Shown: positions 1 through 13,262 of the stretch, piece by piece
How positions within the stretch are numbered: position 1 is the first letter of the stretch
Layout of the letters: every line of letters starts with the position of its first letter
Source of the DNA: Octopus vulgaris
Taxonomy: Eukaryota
Direction of reading: 5' to 3'
NCBI GenBank assembly: GCA_951406725.2
Contig: OX597829.1
Coordinates: 25,792,001-25,856,000 of the forward strand
DNA length: 64,000 nucleotides
The notes under the pieces: model-generated
The model's database searches: none
What the model was told of the DNA's origin: nothing
Seen by the model: the letters and a program-made list of their open reading frames with translations, nothing else
Made by a program: the position numbers and the translations under genes

Positions 1-76
1 TATTCCAATAATTTCGATTTATATAATGCCGACTTATTTACCAGTGTAGATATTGGCCAATTCTGTTAATGTCTTG

Positions 77-113
<37 letters not shown>

Positions 114-169
114 CAAAGGCGGCGAGTTATTATTATTGTTGTTGTATGTTCGTTGTTGTTTTGAGTTCT

Positions 170-205
<36 letters not shown>

Positions 206-299
206 GGGTTCGATTAAATAAGTACCAGTTAATCTTCTTCGATGTAATCGACTTCTTAGCTTCTTCTTCCCTTCTTCTTCTTCTCTATGTTCTAGCTTC

Positions 300-381
<82 letters not shown>

Positions 382-759
382 AGAAGCGCAACTATTATTG
401 GTAATAAATAGGGACTGACACTGTTTATTAAAATGAAAATGAAACGAATGAACAATATTCGACACTCCGTGTGTCTTTTACAAGTTCAAAATATAAAATG
501 AAATAAAATTCAAAGAGAGGAAACGCTGGATCATTCAAAATTAAATCGGAATAACTGCATTTCTTCCCAAGTAAAACGACACAAAAATCAGTCTTTAGTC
601 TTTCACAATAGGCAGCAGAAAGAAGGAAGGAAAGAAAGAAAAAACAAAAAACAAAAAGAAAGAAATGAATTGGATTAAAAAATTATTCCGTCAAACTGTT
701 TAGTATAAATATGGTGGAATTCACCTGCCATTTTATTATTTCCTCCAGGCTGATATGTC

Positions 760-1430
760 GACAGCTTACAAATATATCTATCTTCTTCATGAAAAAATTT
801 GAAATGCCGTTAATAGAGACATTCAACTCCCTGCATGGTCATGATCCTATACTCTGATTACGGTTCATTGACCACGTCTTTTTTGTCTGGGAGAGAACAC
901 AGGATAGTTTAATCAAATTTTTATATTTCCCTGACTGCTTCGCGGAGACTATTGGTTTTAAGTCCAGAATAAAATTCACGTCGAGCTTTTCAATAACTAG
1001 CGTCGAATTTTTGGACACAAAAGTCGAGTTTTCGGAAGGCCGAATGGTCACAGAATTACTTTGCAAACTCACGTCATCAAATATTTATCTCCACCGCCGC
1101 TCTGATCATCCACATCATACAATCAGATCAAATCCGAAGTCCCAGTTCTTGAGGATACGATGTTATTTGCACAGACACTGGGAATTATTGGAAACATGCA
1201 AATAATTTTTGGGTGCCATTATGTAAAGCGCGGTTATAGTGAATCGAGATTAAAGGAAATTGCGAACGACTGCTGAAATTATTAGTGATAATCAAACTTC
1301 CACGCCTAATATTAGCAGTCAGAAAAGTGTTTATGGCCGAATTCCTTTAGTGATTAACTGGCACCGAAGTTTCGCTGGCATTTCAAAAGTGTTGCATGAA
1401 CAGTTACCGACATATTTCAGAAAAAATATT
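760..1430 (+). pseudogene. Decayed Penelope-like element reverse transcriptase fragment
   Basis: Across stops/frameshifts: FFMKKFE...LRFIDHVFFVW (RYIDDIF.IW-like), EFLDTKV, YLHRRSDHPHH, PKSQFLRIR, typical of the PLE RT palm/thumb. Confidence 0.8.
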
Positions 1431-1476
1431 CTCATTTCCGATATTGTTATTGTTGTTGTTGTTATTAATTATTATT

Positions 1477-1511
<35 letters not shown>

Positions 1512-1645
1512 CTTCTTAACCACATGGTTCTGGGTTCAATCCCACTGCGTGGCACCTTGGGCAATGGGGGTTTTCTCCTACAGCGTCGGGCCGACCAAGC
1601 TTTGTGAGTGGATTTGGTAAACGGAGACTTAAAGAAGCCCGTTGT

Positions 1646-1736
<91 letters not shown>

Positions 1737-2035
1737 GAATTTTGAGACAAACCGCTATTTAGTTAGTCCATCAATAGTGAAAAGATATTATCTACAATAA
1801 CCACATTAATTAGATAATTAATTAAATATCTTATAATTATTATTCTAAAAATCTCATGATAAATCAAACATTATATTGTGAATTTTGATTTAGTGAGCTA
1901 AATTGAAATTTTTTCCCTGTTGGCTTCTTGGAATTATTACATTCCCTAACTATATATATATATATATATATTGATAAAACGGTAAGATAACAAAAGAAAG
2001 AAAGAGACCTCAATATTATGTAAATAGAGGAAATT

Positions 2036-2637
2036 TATCTATACAATATGTTACATTACTCGGTAGTCAAGATAAAACTCTGAGTTTCAGATGCCGAAGT
2101 GGAAATCCACAACACCATCTCTTCGGTTATCTGGCTATTTGAAAACGTTATGAAAAAATACCGTTAAAAATGAAGGGAAATTACTCTGTTATAACTCTGC
2201 TTTGCCTGCGTACTTATACATCGCTACCGTATTTTTCGTCATAAAAATTATATAAAAATACATAAAAAATATATAAAAATATATAAAAATATATAAAATC
2301 TTCTTGGGACATAACACAGAAAGCATGTTCACAGAAAACGGATAGAACATGCTTTCTGTGTTATGTCCCAAGAAGATTTTATATATTTTTATATATTTTT
2401 ATATATTTTTTATGTATTTTTATATAATTTTTATGACGAAAAATGCGAGCGATGTATAAGTACGCAGGCAAAGCAGAGTTATAACAGAGTAATTTCCCTT
2501 CATTTTTAACGGTATTTTTTCATAACGTTTTCAAATAGCCAGATAACCGAAGAGATGGTGTTGTGGATTTCCACTTCGGCATCTGAAACTCAGAGTTTTA
2601 TCTTGACTACCGAGTAATGTAACATATTGTATAGATA
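2036..2637. repeat. ~600 bp near-perfect palindrome (fold-back element) carrying twin hammerhead motifs
   Basis: Arms 2036-2330 and 2345-2637 are reverse complements with few differences; 14 nt spacer; (TA)n flanks. Confidence 0.95.
2541..2603 (+). ncRNA. Type I hammerhead ribozyme motif, variant core CCGAAGA (mirror copy at 2070-2132, minus strand)
   Basis: Stem I AGATAA/TTATCT; core CCGAAGA; stem II GATG..CATC with inner GTGGA/TCCAC hairpin; GAA; stem III ACTC-A-GAGT; GUU triplet. Confidence 0.65.
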
Positions 2638-3051
2638 TATATATATATATATATATATATTTATTTCATTTTTTTTTATTTCATCTAGTTTCAGCTCACG
2701 AGCTGTAGCCATGCACCGCCATATATATATATATACGCTTGTGTGTGTATGTATGTATGTATGTATGTATGTATGTATGTATGTATGTATGTATGTATGT
2801 ATGTATGTATGTATGTATGTATGTATGTATGTATATATGTTCGTGTGTATGTTTGTGTGTCTGTGTTTGTCCCCCTCACCATCACTTGACAACCGATGCT
2901 GGTGTGTTTATGTCCCCGTAACTTAGTGGTTCGGCAAAAGACACCGATAGAATAAGTACTAGGCTTACAAAGAATAAGTCCTGGGGTCGATTTGTTCGAC
3001 TAAAGACGGTGCCACAGCCTGGCCGCAGTCAAATGACTGAAACAAATAAAA

Positions 3052-3226
<175 letters not shown>

Positions 3227-3299
3227 CATACATATATATTACGGAGATGTACTTGCATAGCAAGTGATTTGATCTGAGATCGTGTGCTGAAACGAAAAC

Positions 3300-3474
3300 A
3301 ATTGCAGCGTGGAAGGTGTTTGTAAGCCATTTAAGAAACACACAAAAGCCGTTCGATTCACTTCAACATTTAAGTTTAATTAATTAAACTTAAATTAAAC
3401 TTAAATGTTGAAGTGAATCGAACGGCTTTTGTGTGTTTCTTAAATGGCTTACAAACACCTTCCACGCTGCAATT
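3300..3474. repeat. Palindrome with ~80 bp arms between (TA)n arrays
   Basis: aattgcagcgtggaagg...aacatttaagtttaatt is mirrored by aattaaacttaaatgtt...ccttccacgctgcaatt. Confidence 0.92.
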
Positions 3475-4012
3475 ATATATATATATATATATATGCATAT
3501 ATATATATATATATATATACATATATATTTACATATATATTTACAAACACACACACACGCTCATATATACGTACATACATACATGCATACACATGTGCTC
3601 GTATGTACGCCTGTACATGGCTACCTTTATATGTATGTATAAATATAAAAATGTTATCGTGGGTGTGTGCTGCGTTTGTCTTTTTTTTCCCGTATATTAT
3701 CTTTTACCTACTCTTTATATTTTTCTGCTAATCTTTCTGTCCCCTCTTCCCTTTCTCTGACTTTTTCTCTCATTTACTGCTAACATCTCCATCCAAGTTA
3801 GTGTGTCCCCTCTTTCTTCTTCTTCTTCTATGTCTCTCACTCTCTTTCCGTTTGTATCTTTCTCTCTCTCTCTCTCTCCTTGTTTTTCACTCTCTTCCTC
3901 TGTAGCATCGTTTCAGTCCTTTCTTTTTCGTAGATTTCAAAAGCAAAGGAAGAAAGAAAAATAACTTCAGCTCTTCTCATATGTCAGCCTGGTCAACTTC
4001 AGTCCAAAGGAC

Positions 4013-4091
4013 TGACGTCACAAGTCAAGGTCACAGCGGTAACTGTGACCATCTGCTGCGAATTGTTGCGCACGTGAACAGGTCATGACCT
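4013..4091. promoter_or_regulatory. Candidate cis-regulatory motif cluster
   Basis: TGACGTCA 4013-4020, TCAAGGTCA 4025-4033, CATCTG 4050-4055, CACGTG 4071-4076 and AGGTCATGACCT 4080-4091 within 80 bp of sequence not repeated elsewhere in the window. Confidence 0.35.
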
Positions 4092-4453
4092 CTCTTTCAG
4101 TAACGAGTCTTACACATCTTTCTAACCCTTTATTTCTTTCTTCATTCTTTCCTTTTCTTACAAATTTTATCCATTTTTCCACATTTTATAATTTTATTTA
4201 TCCAATCATTTTATTCATTTATAATTGCTACTTATATTATCTATCTGTCTGTCTGTCTGTCCGCATATCTTTCTCTCTGTTTATCTTTATGGTTGTGTTT
4301 ATCTTTTCATTCTTTTCTCCTTGATTTCTCTTCCCCCTCGTTCCAGCTTTTACTTTTTGGTCTCCCACTTCCGTATTTTTAATACTGTTTCATCGGTATC
4401 TCTCTCTCTCTTTCTCTCACTCTCTGTCTCAATCTTTGTCTTTCGCTCCCATC

Positions 4454-4495
<42 letters not shown>

Positions 4496-4552
4496 TTTTT
4501 CTCAGTCTCTCTCTTTTTCACGCACAAGCACTTTAACAACTACTCTCTGTCA

Positions 4553-4990
4553 ACATCTATATTATGATTCTGCTTGTTCGTTCACACATTACGGTTTAGT
4601 TTGTTAAAGAGAAGAGAAGAGGAGGAGGAAGAGGAGTAAGAGTGACAGACAAGGAGAGACATGAGAGGAAAGTGAAGAGGGAGTGTGAGAGTGTGAGAGA
4701 GACGGAAGATGAGTGAATGAGATAGCAGATAGCCAGCCGATGCATTATACTGTCAGATGTCACGTGATTAGTGGAAGTGAGAAGTGAAAGGAGAGAAAGA
4801 GGAAGAGAGAAATGTTAACGACGTAAAGGGGAAATTACATAGGTAAAAAGCTTGTTGAAGTAAAAGGTGGGCAGAAAGAGAGAGAAAGGGGGTGGAGAGA
4901 GAGAAAGAGAGAGTCGGGAGATGGAAATATAAAGTGTTTAATAGAAGGAAATTTTTAAATCATAATATATCATTGTGACTGGAAGTGAAA
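4553..4990 (-). mobile_element. 3' part of a HINE/Helentron-like element (same family as 43992-45068)
   Basis: Reverse complement of 4553-4612 matches the terminus at 45005-45065 (taacgtgtgaacgaac..cagaattataatatagat), with a CT-rich body. Confidence 0.55.
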
Positions 4991-5050
4991 CAACTTCGTA
5001 AAATGGCCGTTAATTTTTTTTTTCATATCGTTTTGTGCACATTTATTGTA

Positions 5051-5422
5051 TACAAGCAGTATCGCCCGGCGTTGCTCGGGTTTGTAAGGGAAATAACTAT
5101 AAAGCATTTTTAGAGAGTTATAGCCCAAAAATGGAAAAAAATGATGGTAAATATTTTTTTAGTTAAAAAGGTCGAGTTGCGTCCCCTAGACAGTCTGTGG
5201 TTTGTGTTTCTGATTCTTGACCCCATGTCGAATTTATCGATTTTTTTCAGAACTGGGGGGAACTTTTCAAAATTTTCGCTGCGTTAGTTTTGAATTATGA
5301 CATTGGGCTATGTGTGTGTCAAGTTTCATCAGAATCGGTTGAAAGCCGTGGTCAGGGTGAGGGTACAACCTAACAGACACACAGAAACACACACAGACAA
5401 ACTGCCGTTTATATATAGAGAG
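5051..5422 (+). mobile_element. Helentron-associated non-autonomous element (HINE/DINE-1-like)
   Basis: 5' tacaagc..cccggcgttgctcggg hairpin, aagtttcatcagaatcgg block, acagacac repeat and tttatatatag 3' end, the architecture of DINE-1/HINE elements. Confidence 0.7.
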
Positions 5423-5604
5423 ATAATATAAAGTAATTATGATGCAATATTGCGTAATAAGGAATATGCAATGATGAATGGACGGGTGATTTGCATTTTT
5501 ATTGCATACAAATCTTATTGCTGCCTGTGTAATAAATGATACAAAAATATACAATAACAATCTGCACAGTACTAAATACGTATCATTTGTTAGTATTTAA
5601 TTCT

Positions 5605-6606
5605 ATTGAATCAATAGAAAGCTAGTGAAAGCAAGAACAAACAGCCCGGAAAAGGAGTCTTGTTTCATCAGGACAATGTGCTGAAGCATTGTTCTGATGG
5701 AACAAGACTTCGTTTCCTGGATGTTTGGTGTTGATAGCCTTCCGTAACTGTCTCGGCATACTTTATCCATTGACGGTGTGCTCCTTTTGAAGATAGTCAA
5801 TAGATACGATGCCTTTTGCATCTCAAAAAAAAAACAAAAAAACTGGGGCCCATCACCTTCCCTGCAGATGAAACGACATTGGCCTTCTTTGCAGCAGACG
5901 ATGAGGAGTGTTTACACTGAATATATTGTCTCTTTGTCTCTTGCTCAAAGTGATAAACTCAGTTCTCATCTTGGCTTAGGAAACATTCAGGGAATTCAGT
6001 TGGATCTGCCCAAAACAATATCAGATTTTCCGTGATGTGATCAGCCTGGTGCACTTTTGAAGACGTGGCACCCATCGAGCAAAAACCTTCATCATGTCAA
6101 GTTCATTGCGCAGGATATTCTCAACTCTCTCACGGGATATACCAATAGCATTGGCTATTTAATTTTATAGTCAATCGCTTGTCAACCATCACCATGTGAA
6201 CACAATCAATGTGTTACTCGGTGGTGGCAGTTGCAGGACGTCTAGACTTTGGGTTGTCTTCAAGACTTTCTTTTCCTCTCCTAAATTCTGCTGTCCATTT
6301 TTGACTGATGACAAAGCTAGAGCGTCATCCCCTAATGCAGCAACCATGTCAGCATGAATGTCCTCGGGGACCACACCGTTTCTGTGCAGGTACTTGATAG
6401 CACCACAAAACCAAATTTTGTCCATTTTCAAGAGAAGTCGCTACTAGTTACCTTTGACGTCTTCTTTGAACAGGCAGATGACAGTTAAACCCGGGAAGAA
6501 ACAATGCCGTTATTAATAATGAGACTTGAAATTAATGCATGCAAGATTTCACAGCTCTAGCACCACTCCTTCCTAAGCAGCCTATGAACTTTCCAGTACA
6601 GCCTCG
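5605..6606 (-). mobile_element. Decayed mariner transposon, 3'-truncated
   Basis: TA + TIR-like cgaggctgtactggaaagt at 6606. N-terminal AIKYLHRNGVVPEDIHADMVAALGD (mariner HTH). VLFHQNNASAH (second-D motif, mutated) near 5670-5710. Confidence 0.85.
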
Positions 6607-6644
6607 TAAGCGCGCGATTGTGTGTTTATACTTTTTTCTTTTAT

Positions 6645-6882
6645 TCTTTTATTTGTTTCAGTCATTTGACAGCAGCCATGCTGGAGCACCGCCTTTAGTC
6701 GAGAAAATCGACCCCAGGACTCATCCTTTGTAAGCCTAATACTTATTCTATCGGTCTTTTGCCAAACTGCTAAGTGACGGGGACGTAAACACACCAGCAT
6801 CGGTTGTCAAGCGATGTTTGGGGGACAAACACAGACACACAAACATGCACGCACACATACATACACACACAGACACACACAT

Positions 6883-6915
<33 letters not shown>

Positions 6916-7046
6916 CATATACGACAGACTTCTTTCAGTTTCCGTCTACCAAATCCACTCACAAGGCTTTGGTCGACCCGAGGCTATAGTAGAAGACACT
7001 TGCCCAAGGTGCCGCGCAGTGGGACTGAACCCGGAACCATGTGGTT
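6645..7046 (-). mobile_element. tRNA-derived SINE family A, head slightly truncated
   Basis: Matches full copies at 38044 and 54334: B-box GGTTCAGTCCC, ccttgggcaagtgtc, internal (TA)/(TG) tract, gactgaaacaa..aaaaga tail. Confidence 0.9.
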
Positions 7047-7106
7047 AGTGTGTGTGTGTGCGTGCGTGTGTGTGTGCATATATATACATATATATATACA
7101 TATATA

Positions 7107-7148
<42 letters not shown>

Positions 7149-7364
7149 TTCAACAAAATTTAGATTCAGATGAAAATGGTACTTAAGTTAAAGGCACCAG
7201 AATTTTGTATGATATTATCCATATAAATCAAATGATTATAATCAAAATAAGCAACAAGGATATCTACTCTACCTTGGATATCCTTGTTGCTTATTTTGAG
7301 TATATGTATATCTATATATATACATATACATACATGTATGTATGTATATAAGTATGTATGTATG

Positions 7365-8136
7365 TACGGAGCAAATAATTCACTATAAAATTGTAATTCA
7401 CGTGAAAATTATTTGCGAAGATATCATTGACTCTATTTATTATCTAGTCTAACAATTTAAAAATGATAATAACAGAATCAATATTATAGGCGATTGCAGC
7501 CCCTACCCCAAGGCATTAAATAGCTGAAAGATTAAAATTAATCAAAAGGACATACTAAATATGTCTATCTGCTGGAAATAATAGTTTCAAACTTTTATTT
7601 AAATCGCCAAAATATCTTGATAATAACTATAGAAATCAACCGTCCGAAGGCAAACGGGCTAAGACAATCTCTCAGTGTACATTCGAGTATTTGGACTCAC
7701 GTGGAACGGTTTATGTACTGGCATAATAGACTCACCTTTCTCAGCATGCGTTACCATGATAGAGAGCCCTAACCCATCATGTTGAAATCTGCGCTACAAT
7801 CGATTCGTTTTGCGCCGAATCATGGCAGCCACCAGTGTGAAAATAATTTCAATACGGAGCAAATAATTCACGAGAAAAAATAATTAGGAGGAAAATAATT
7901 TGCGAAGATATCATTGACTCTATTTATTATCTAGTCTAATGATTTAAAAATGATAATAACAGAATCAATAATATAGGCGATTGCAGCTCCTACCCCAAAG
8001 CATTAAATAGCTGAAGGATTAAAATGAATCAAAAGGACATACTAAGTATGTCTACCTGCTGGAAATAACAGTCAAAACTCTTATTTAAATCGCCAAAGTA
8101 CACTGATAATATGTACAGAAATCAACCTTCCAAAGG

Positions 8137-8137
<1 letters not shown>
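7365..8137 (+). repeat. Diverged direct duplication, ~285 bp units, period ~490 bp
   Basis: tacggagcaaataattcac...agaaatcaacc(g/t)tcc(g/a)aagg occurs at 7365-7650 and 7853-8137. Confidence 0.9.
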
Positions 8138-8205
<68 letters not shown>

Positions 8206-8383
8206 TATATGTATGTATATATGCATATAAATATATATACATACATATATAAACATACACACACACATATACATTAATAGTGATGGTAAGACAACAAAAG
8301 AGTGAATGAACCTCGATATTATGTAAATAGAGGAATTTATCTATAATTTCGGATGTCGAGGCGGAAGACTGCTCTGGCATTGC

Positions 8384-8442
8384 GATAACTGACGAGATGC
8401 CGGAGCAGTTTTCCGCCCCGACATCCGAAACTCGATGTCTTA
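8384..8442 (+). ncRNA. Type I hammerhead ribozyme motif with canonical core
   Basis: TAA-CTGACGA-GATG..CATC-C-GAAAC-TCGAT-GTC-TTA. Preceded by its own partial inverted copy (8347-8380). Flank 8284-8345 is homologous to 1981-2043. Confidence 0.65.
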
Positions 8443-8467
8443 CTATGGCAACCGAATAATTGTCACA

Positions 8468-8507
<40 letters not shown>

Positions 8508-8869
8508 GCACAATTTGTGATCAGAGTTGTTCGAAAACCGAGGTACTACTGTATATTTATACACTTGTGCAAACAATATGTATTATATATCAACACATAT
8601 ACAATGCATACACACACAGATACGCATACACACACAGATACGCATACACACACAGATACGCATACACACACAGATACGCATACACACACAGAAAACGCTT
8701 CTCATGCATTAATGGTGACCCATTATCTCCTTTTGGAGAGCCCTCCCAAATCTTCGGATAGCATTTATAAATTACTCTTATTGGTATTTATTATGATTAT
8801 AAGTTACATAAAAAGATTTGTAATAATGGTGATAATAAAAATAATGAAGATTTTTTTTTTTTATCACCA

Positions 8870-9939
8870 AGGCAACGAACGAGCTCGGGGCGAACCTGGA
8901 CGTCGACGAGGAGTACCTGACCCGCCTGTTCAGGACGACTTTCGGGCCAGGGCCCATGGACAACTTCCAGAGATCCCTGGCCTGGCAGTGCTACCGAGAA
9001 GCGCTACCCGTTCGGGATAAGCTCTACAGACACGGCTCGAGAAACACGGGGCCGACCTGCCCGAGATGCGGTCAGAGCGACGAAACCGTTCTGCACGCAC
9101 TCGTGCAGTGTCCAACAATCTCCGACCTGTGGGCTTGTGTCGAACAACTGCTGTCACGTGTGGGACGAGTCGGTTTATCAGCTGAGTCTATCGTCAATAT
9201 TGTCACGCCTCCTTCCTTCAAACGGGAAGGAAGAGCTATTTTCATCATCCTTGTGGCTATGGCGAAAGAATGTATCTAGTGGACGCGTCTGAAAGGATTG
9301 GAGACAAACACTTTCCTCTCTGGTCAATCTCTCATCAACTTCTTCAAGTACCACTTGAAAAGGAAAGTGAGAGTAGAGAGGCAAGTTTTGTCTAGCGAAT
9401 GTTTTAAAAAAAGATGGGTGAATGTAGCAAGGATGGCACGTATGAATGACGAAGCCACCTTGAGCATAATCCTATGAACCCAGAAATTGAAAACAGAGGG
9501 TTACCCACTTGCAAACAAATGTGGTAACATATAACAATATTGACCAAGGTTACCGTGGTCTTTTTCGTAGGCTTTTCTTCCCACGGATAAACCTTACTTG
9601 CTTTCCCCTTTACACCATATATCATAACACTGTGATACACGATCCCTATTGATCGTTCTTTTTTTTCCTCTTCCCCCTTTTTTTCCCCTTTTTTCTTGTT
9701 TTTCCATTTCTCTTTTCTTTTGTTCTTTTCCTTTTCTTTTTTTTCTTTTTATTCTTTTTTTTAATTTTATTTATTTATTTTTTTTGTTCTTTTCTTCCCT
9801 TTTATGATCCCTCTTGATCGAAAACCTACGCCACCCCCTTTTTTCTTTTGTTTTTTGTTCTTTTTCATCCCCCAAAAGAAAAGCTCTACCTTGTAACTTG
9901 TCCCATCTGTGTGCAGCCCTGTGTGGCCAATAAAAAAAC
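8870..9939 (+). mobile_element. 3' end of a Tx1/L1-like LINE (zf-RVT region, 3' UTR, A tail), followed by (TATC)n
   Basis: LAWQCYREALPVRDKL...CPRCGQSDETVLHALVQC (CX2C..H..C zinc finger); in-frame stop; T-rich UTR; ccaataaaaaaa at 9927-9938. Confidence 0.88.
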
Positions 9940-10242
<303 letters not shown>

Positions 10243-10449
10243 TCATATACAACTTACATTTCTGTTGGTGTATATAACTGTCTACTCTAACAATACAGAT
10301 AAACATACAGACCAAATAGCTAACATAAATAAATAAATAAATAAATAATTGCGGTGCCCCAGCATGGCCCCATTCTTTGGGCTCCTACAAATTAAATGGT
10401 AAAAGTAACATTCACAGCTATTTCACTTTGATTTAACTGAGCCGATATA

Positions 10450-10653
10450 TTTAGCTATCCGTTTTTCTATCTTCTATCCGTCAAAGAATCTATGTAGCCA
10501 CACATACACACCGACGGATTGAAGATTAGACACGGTTGAACATTAAACCTGCAACAACTAAAATTTTATTTTTATTGTCTGTGACAATATTCTACTGTAC
10601 GTCGTTTAAAATCATTTAACTTCTTTCCACACGCCCGCGTTCCCTTCAATCAA

Positions 10654-10710
<57 letters not shown>

Positions 10711-10937
10711 ACTTTGCCTATCGCTTCATCTATATCACATGCCCTGTACTTAGCATCTCACATTTTCTACATCTTTCTCTCTTCACCTAACCTCTCAGCG
10801 CTAACACTCTTTTCTCTCTCAATTTTCGCCTCTCCTTTCAACTAACAACGTGACAGCGTTATACATTTGGTCTTTGCGTATTAATATAAAAAAACACACT
10901 TACATACATACATACAAACATAGTTACATATATATAA

Positions 10938-10970
<33 letters not shown>

Positions 10971-11215
10971 AATATACATGCATACACACATACATACATA
11001 TATGTATAGAAGTAGAGAAAGATGTATGTATACATCTTTCTCTCTGCTTTCTTCTCTATTTCTCTCTCTCTCTTCTTTCTCCTTCCCACACTTTGACTCC
11101 AGATTCCTCTCTCTCACACTCACTTAACCTTTTAGATCACTGCACCTCCACCTCTCGCTAGCTAACTAAAGCGTAACGTATGAACCAACGAACAAATAAA
11201 ATTATAATACAGATT
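10450..11215 (+). mobile_element. HINE/Helentron-like element remnant (family of 43992-45068)
   Basis: 3' end aaagcgtaacgtatgaaccaacgaacaaataaaattataatacagat matches 45019-45065; CT-rich body. 5' boundary uncertain. Confidence 0.5.
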
Positions 11216-11680
11216 TGATCGTTATGTTTGAGTTAATAGCGATACATCACAATGTTGGTTATTGCTTGAATATCCTTCACTGGCACAAATAAATACTCTG
11301 TGGTTTCATTCTTGGTCAAAACATTCATCCGTGTAATAGCAATGCAGTTTGGTTGATCAATTCGGTCTTCCATAGTCATTTTGAATACACATACTAATGG
11401 CTTTCTGTAAAAAGTCAGCCCTCGTGTTGCAGAATCCAGCTATTAGGTCTTTTTCATATGACGTTCCCTAATGCGATTAAGCTATATTGAAAGTTTCGGA
11501 GTCAGCTGGTAGAAGTAGCATCGCACACATCAATATTGGCAAAGATTTATAGCGAAGAAGTGTTGTTCTATACAGGAAAACCTTTAAGCAATAAAGCACG
11601 GATGAAGTTGCTCTTTCAAATCTAAAAGCTGTACTGGTATAGGTTAGTATTTAATACTTGGCACTTCTCTTATGAATTAG

Positions 11681-12312
<632 letters not shown>

Positions 12313-12339
12313 TGTGCGTGTGTGTGTGGGGGGTAACTA

Positions 12340-13262
12340 ATTCTAGATATTACTCTATTATCAATTCACATACGGTTAAGATAGGTTTTTCAAACACAAA
12401 AAATCTCTTGCAAATTATCTCTTCTCATAATAACAAACTGTTAAATATTAATACATTTACTAATACTAACATTAATTTAGCTTATACCATCCAACCCTCT
12501 AGAAACAATAACAAGTTTATTGTATCTGAAATCAATTCCAATAGAATTAAGTTTATGTCAAGTAACGCTAAGATTAAAAATTCTATATAATCAGTACTCG
12601 TTATAAAGTACGATTTTACATTGGAAGCACATCGTTAGAGTTATCTAAAAGAATTTCTATCCATTACTCAACATTTAGGGATAGAAATAAACGGAATAGT
12701 ACCGGTCTCAGCAAACTGATTTGGGATTTAAAAGACCACAATGAACAATTTCATTTAGAATAGTTGATTCTCTCAATTTCGATACCATATGACAAAGGCA
12801 AGAAATTCTGTCTTCTCTGCAATTCTGAGCTATTTTTCATTATTTTTTCTAAAAATACTCTAGTAAACACGGTTATAGAGCGAGCATACAGATGTAAGCA
12901 TTGGCAAAAACATACATTTAGTGCATATAAGTAGTCTCTATCATTATATATAATTTAAACTTTAATTTCCTTTATATTTAACATTCACTATTAATATCCC
13001 TACTCTTTCTGTTAGCTACTTATGACGTTATATCATATAACGTTTTTTTAAACAATATTAATAGCGTTCTGTCAATCGTTATACAAATCCATCATTTTTT
13101 GCTAAAATGTCTTATTGACGAGTTTCGTATTTTTCACTTTCCTGAGGAGAAGATTGCATTGTTTATACCATTTATTCTTTTGAATAGTATCAGTGGAATT
13201 TTCGAAGCATGTGTCGAAAGTAAAAATATTTTATTACACCTGCGTTAAACTCCATTTATTTA

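Noticed and set aside
11220-11520. Possible mariner 5' remnants (also 24557-24700 and 50075-50400)
   Set aside because: Only vague N-terminal or TIR resemblance; boundaries unsupported.
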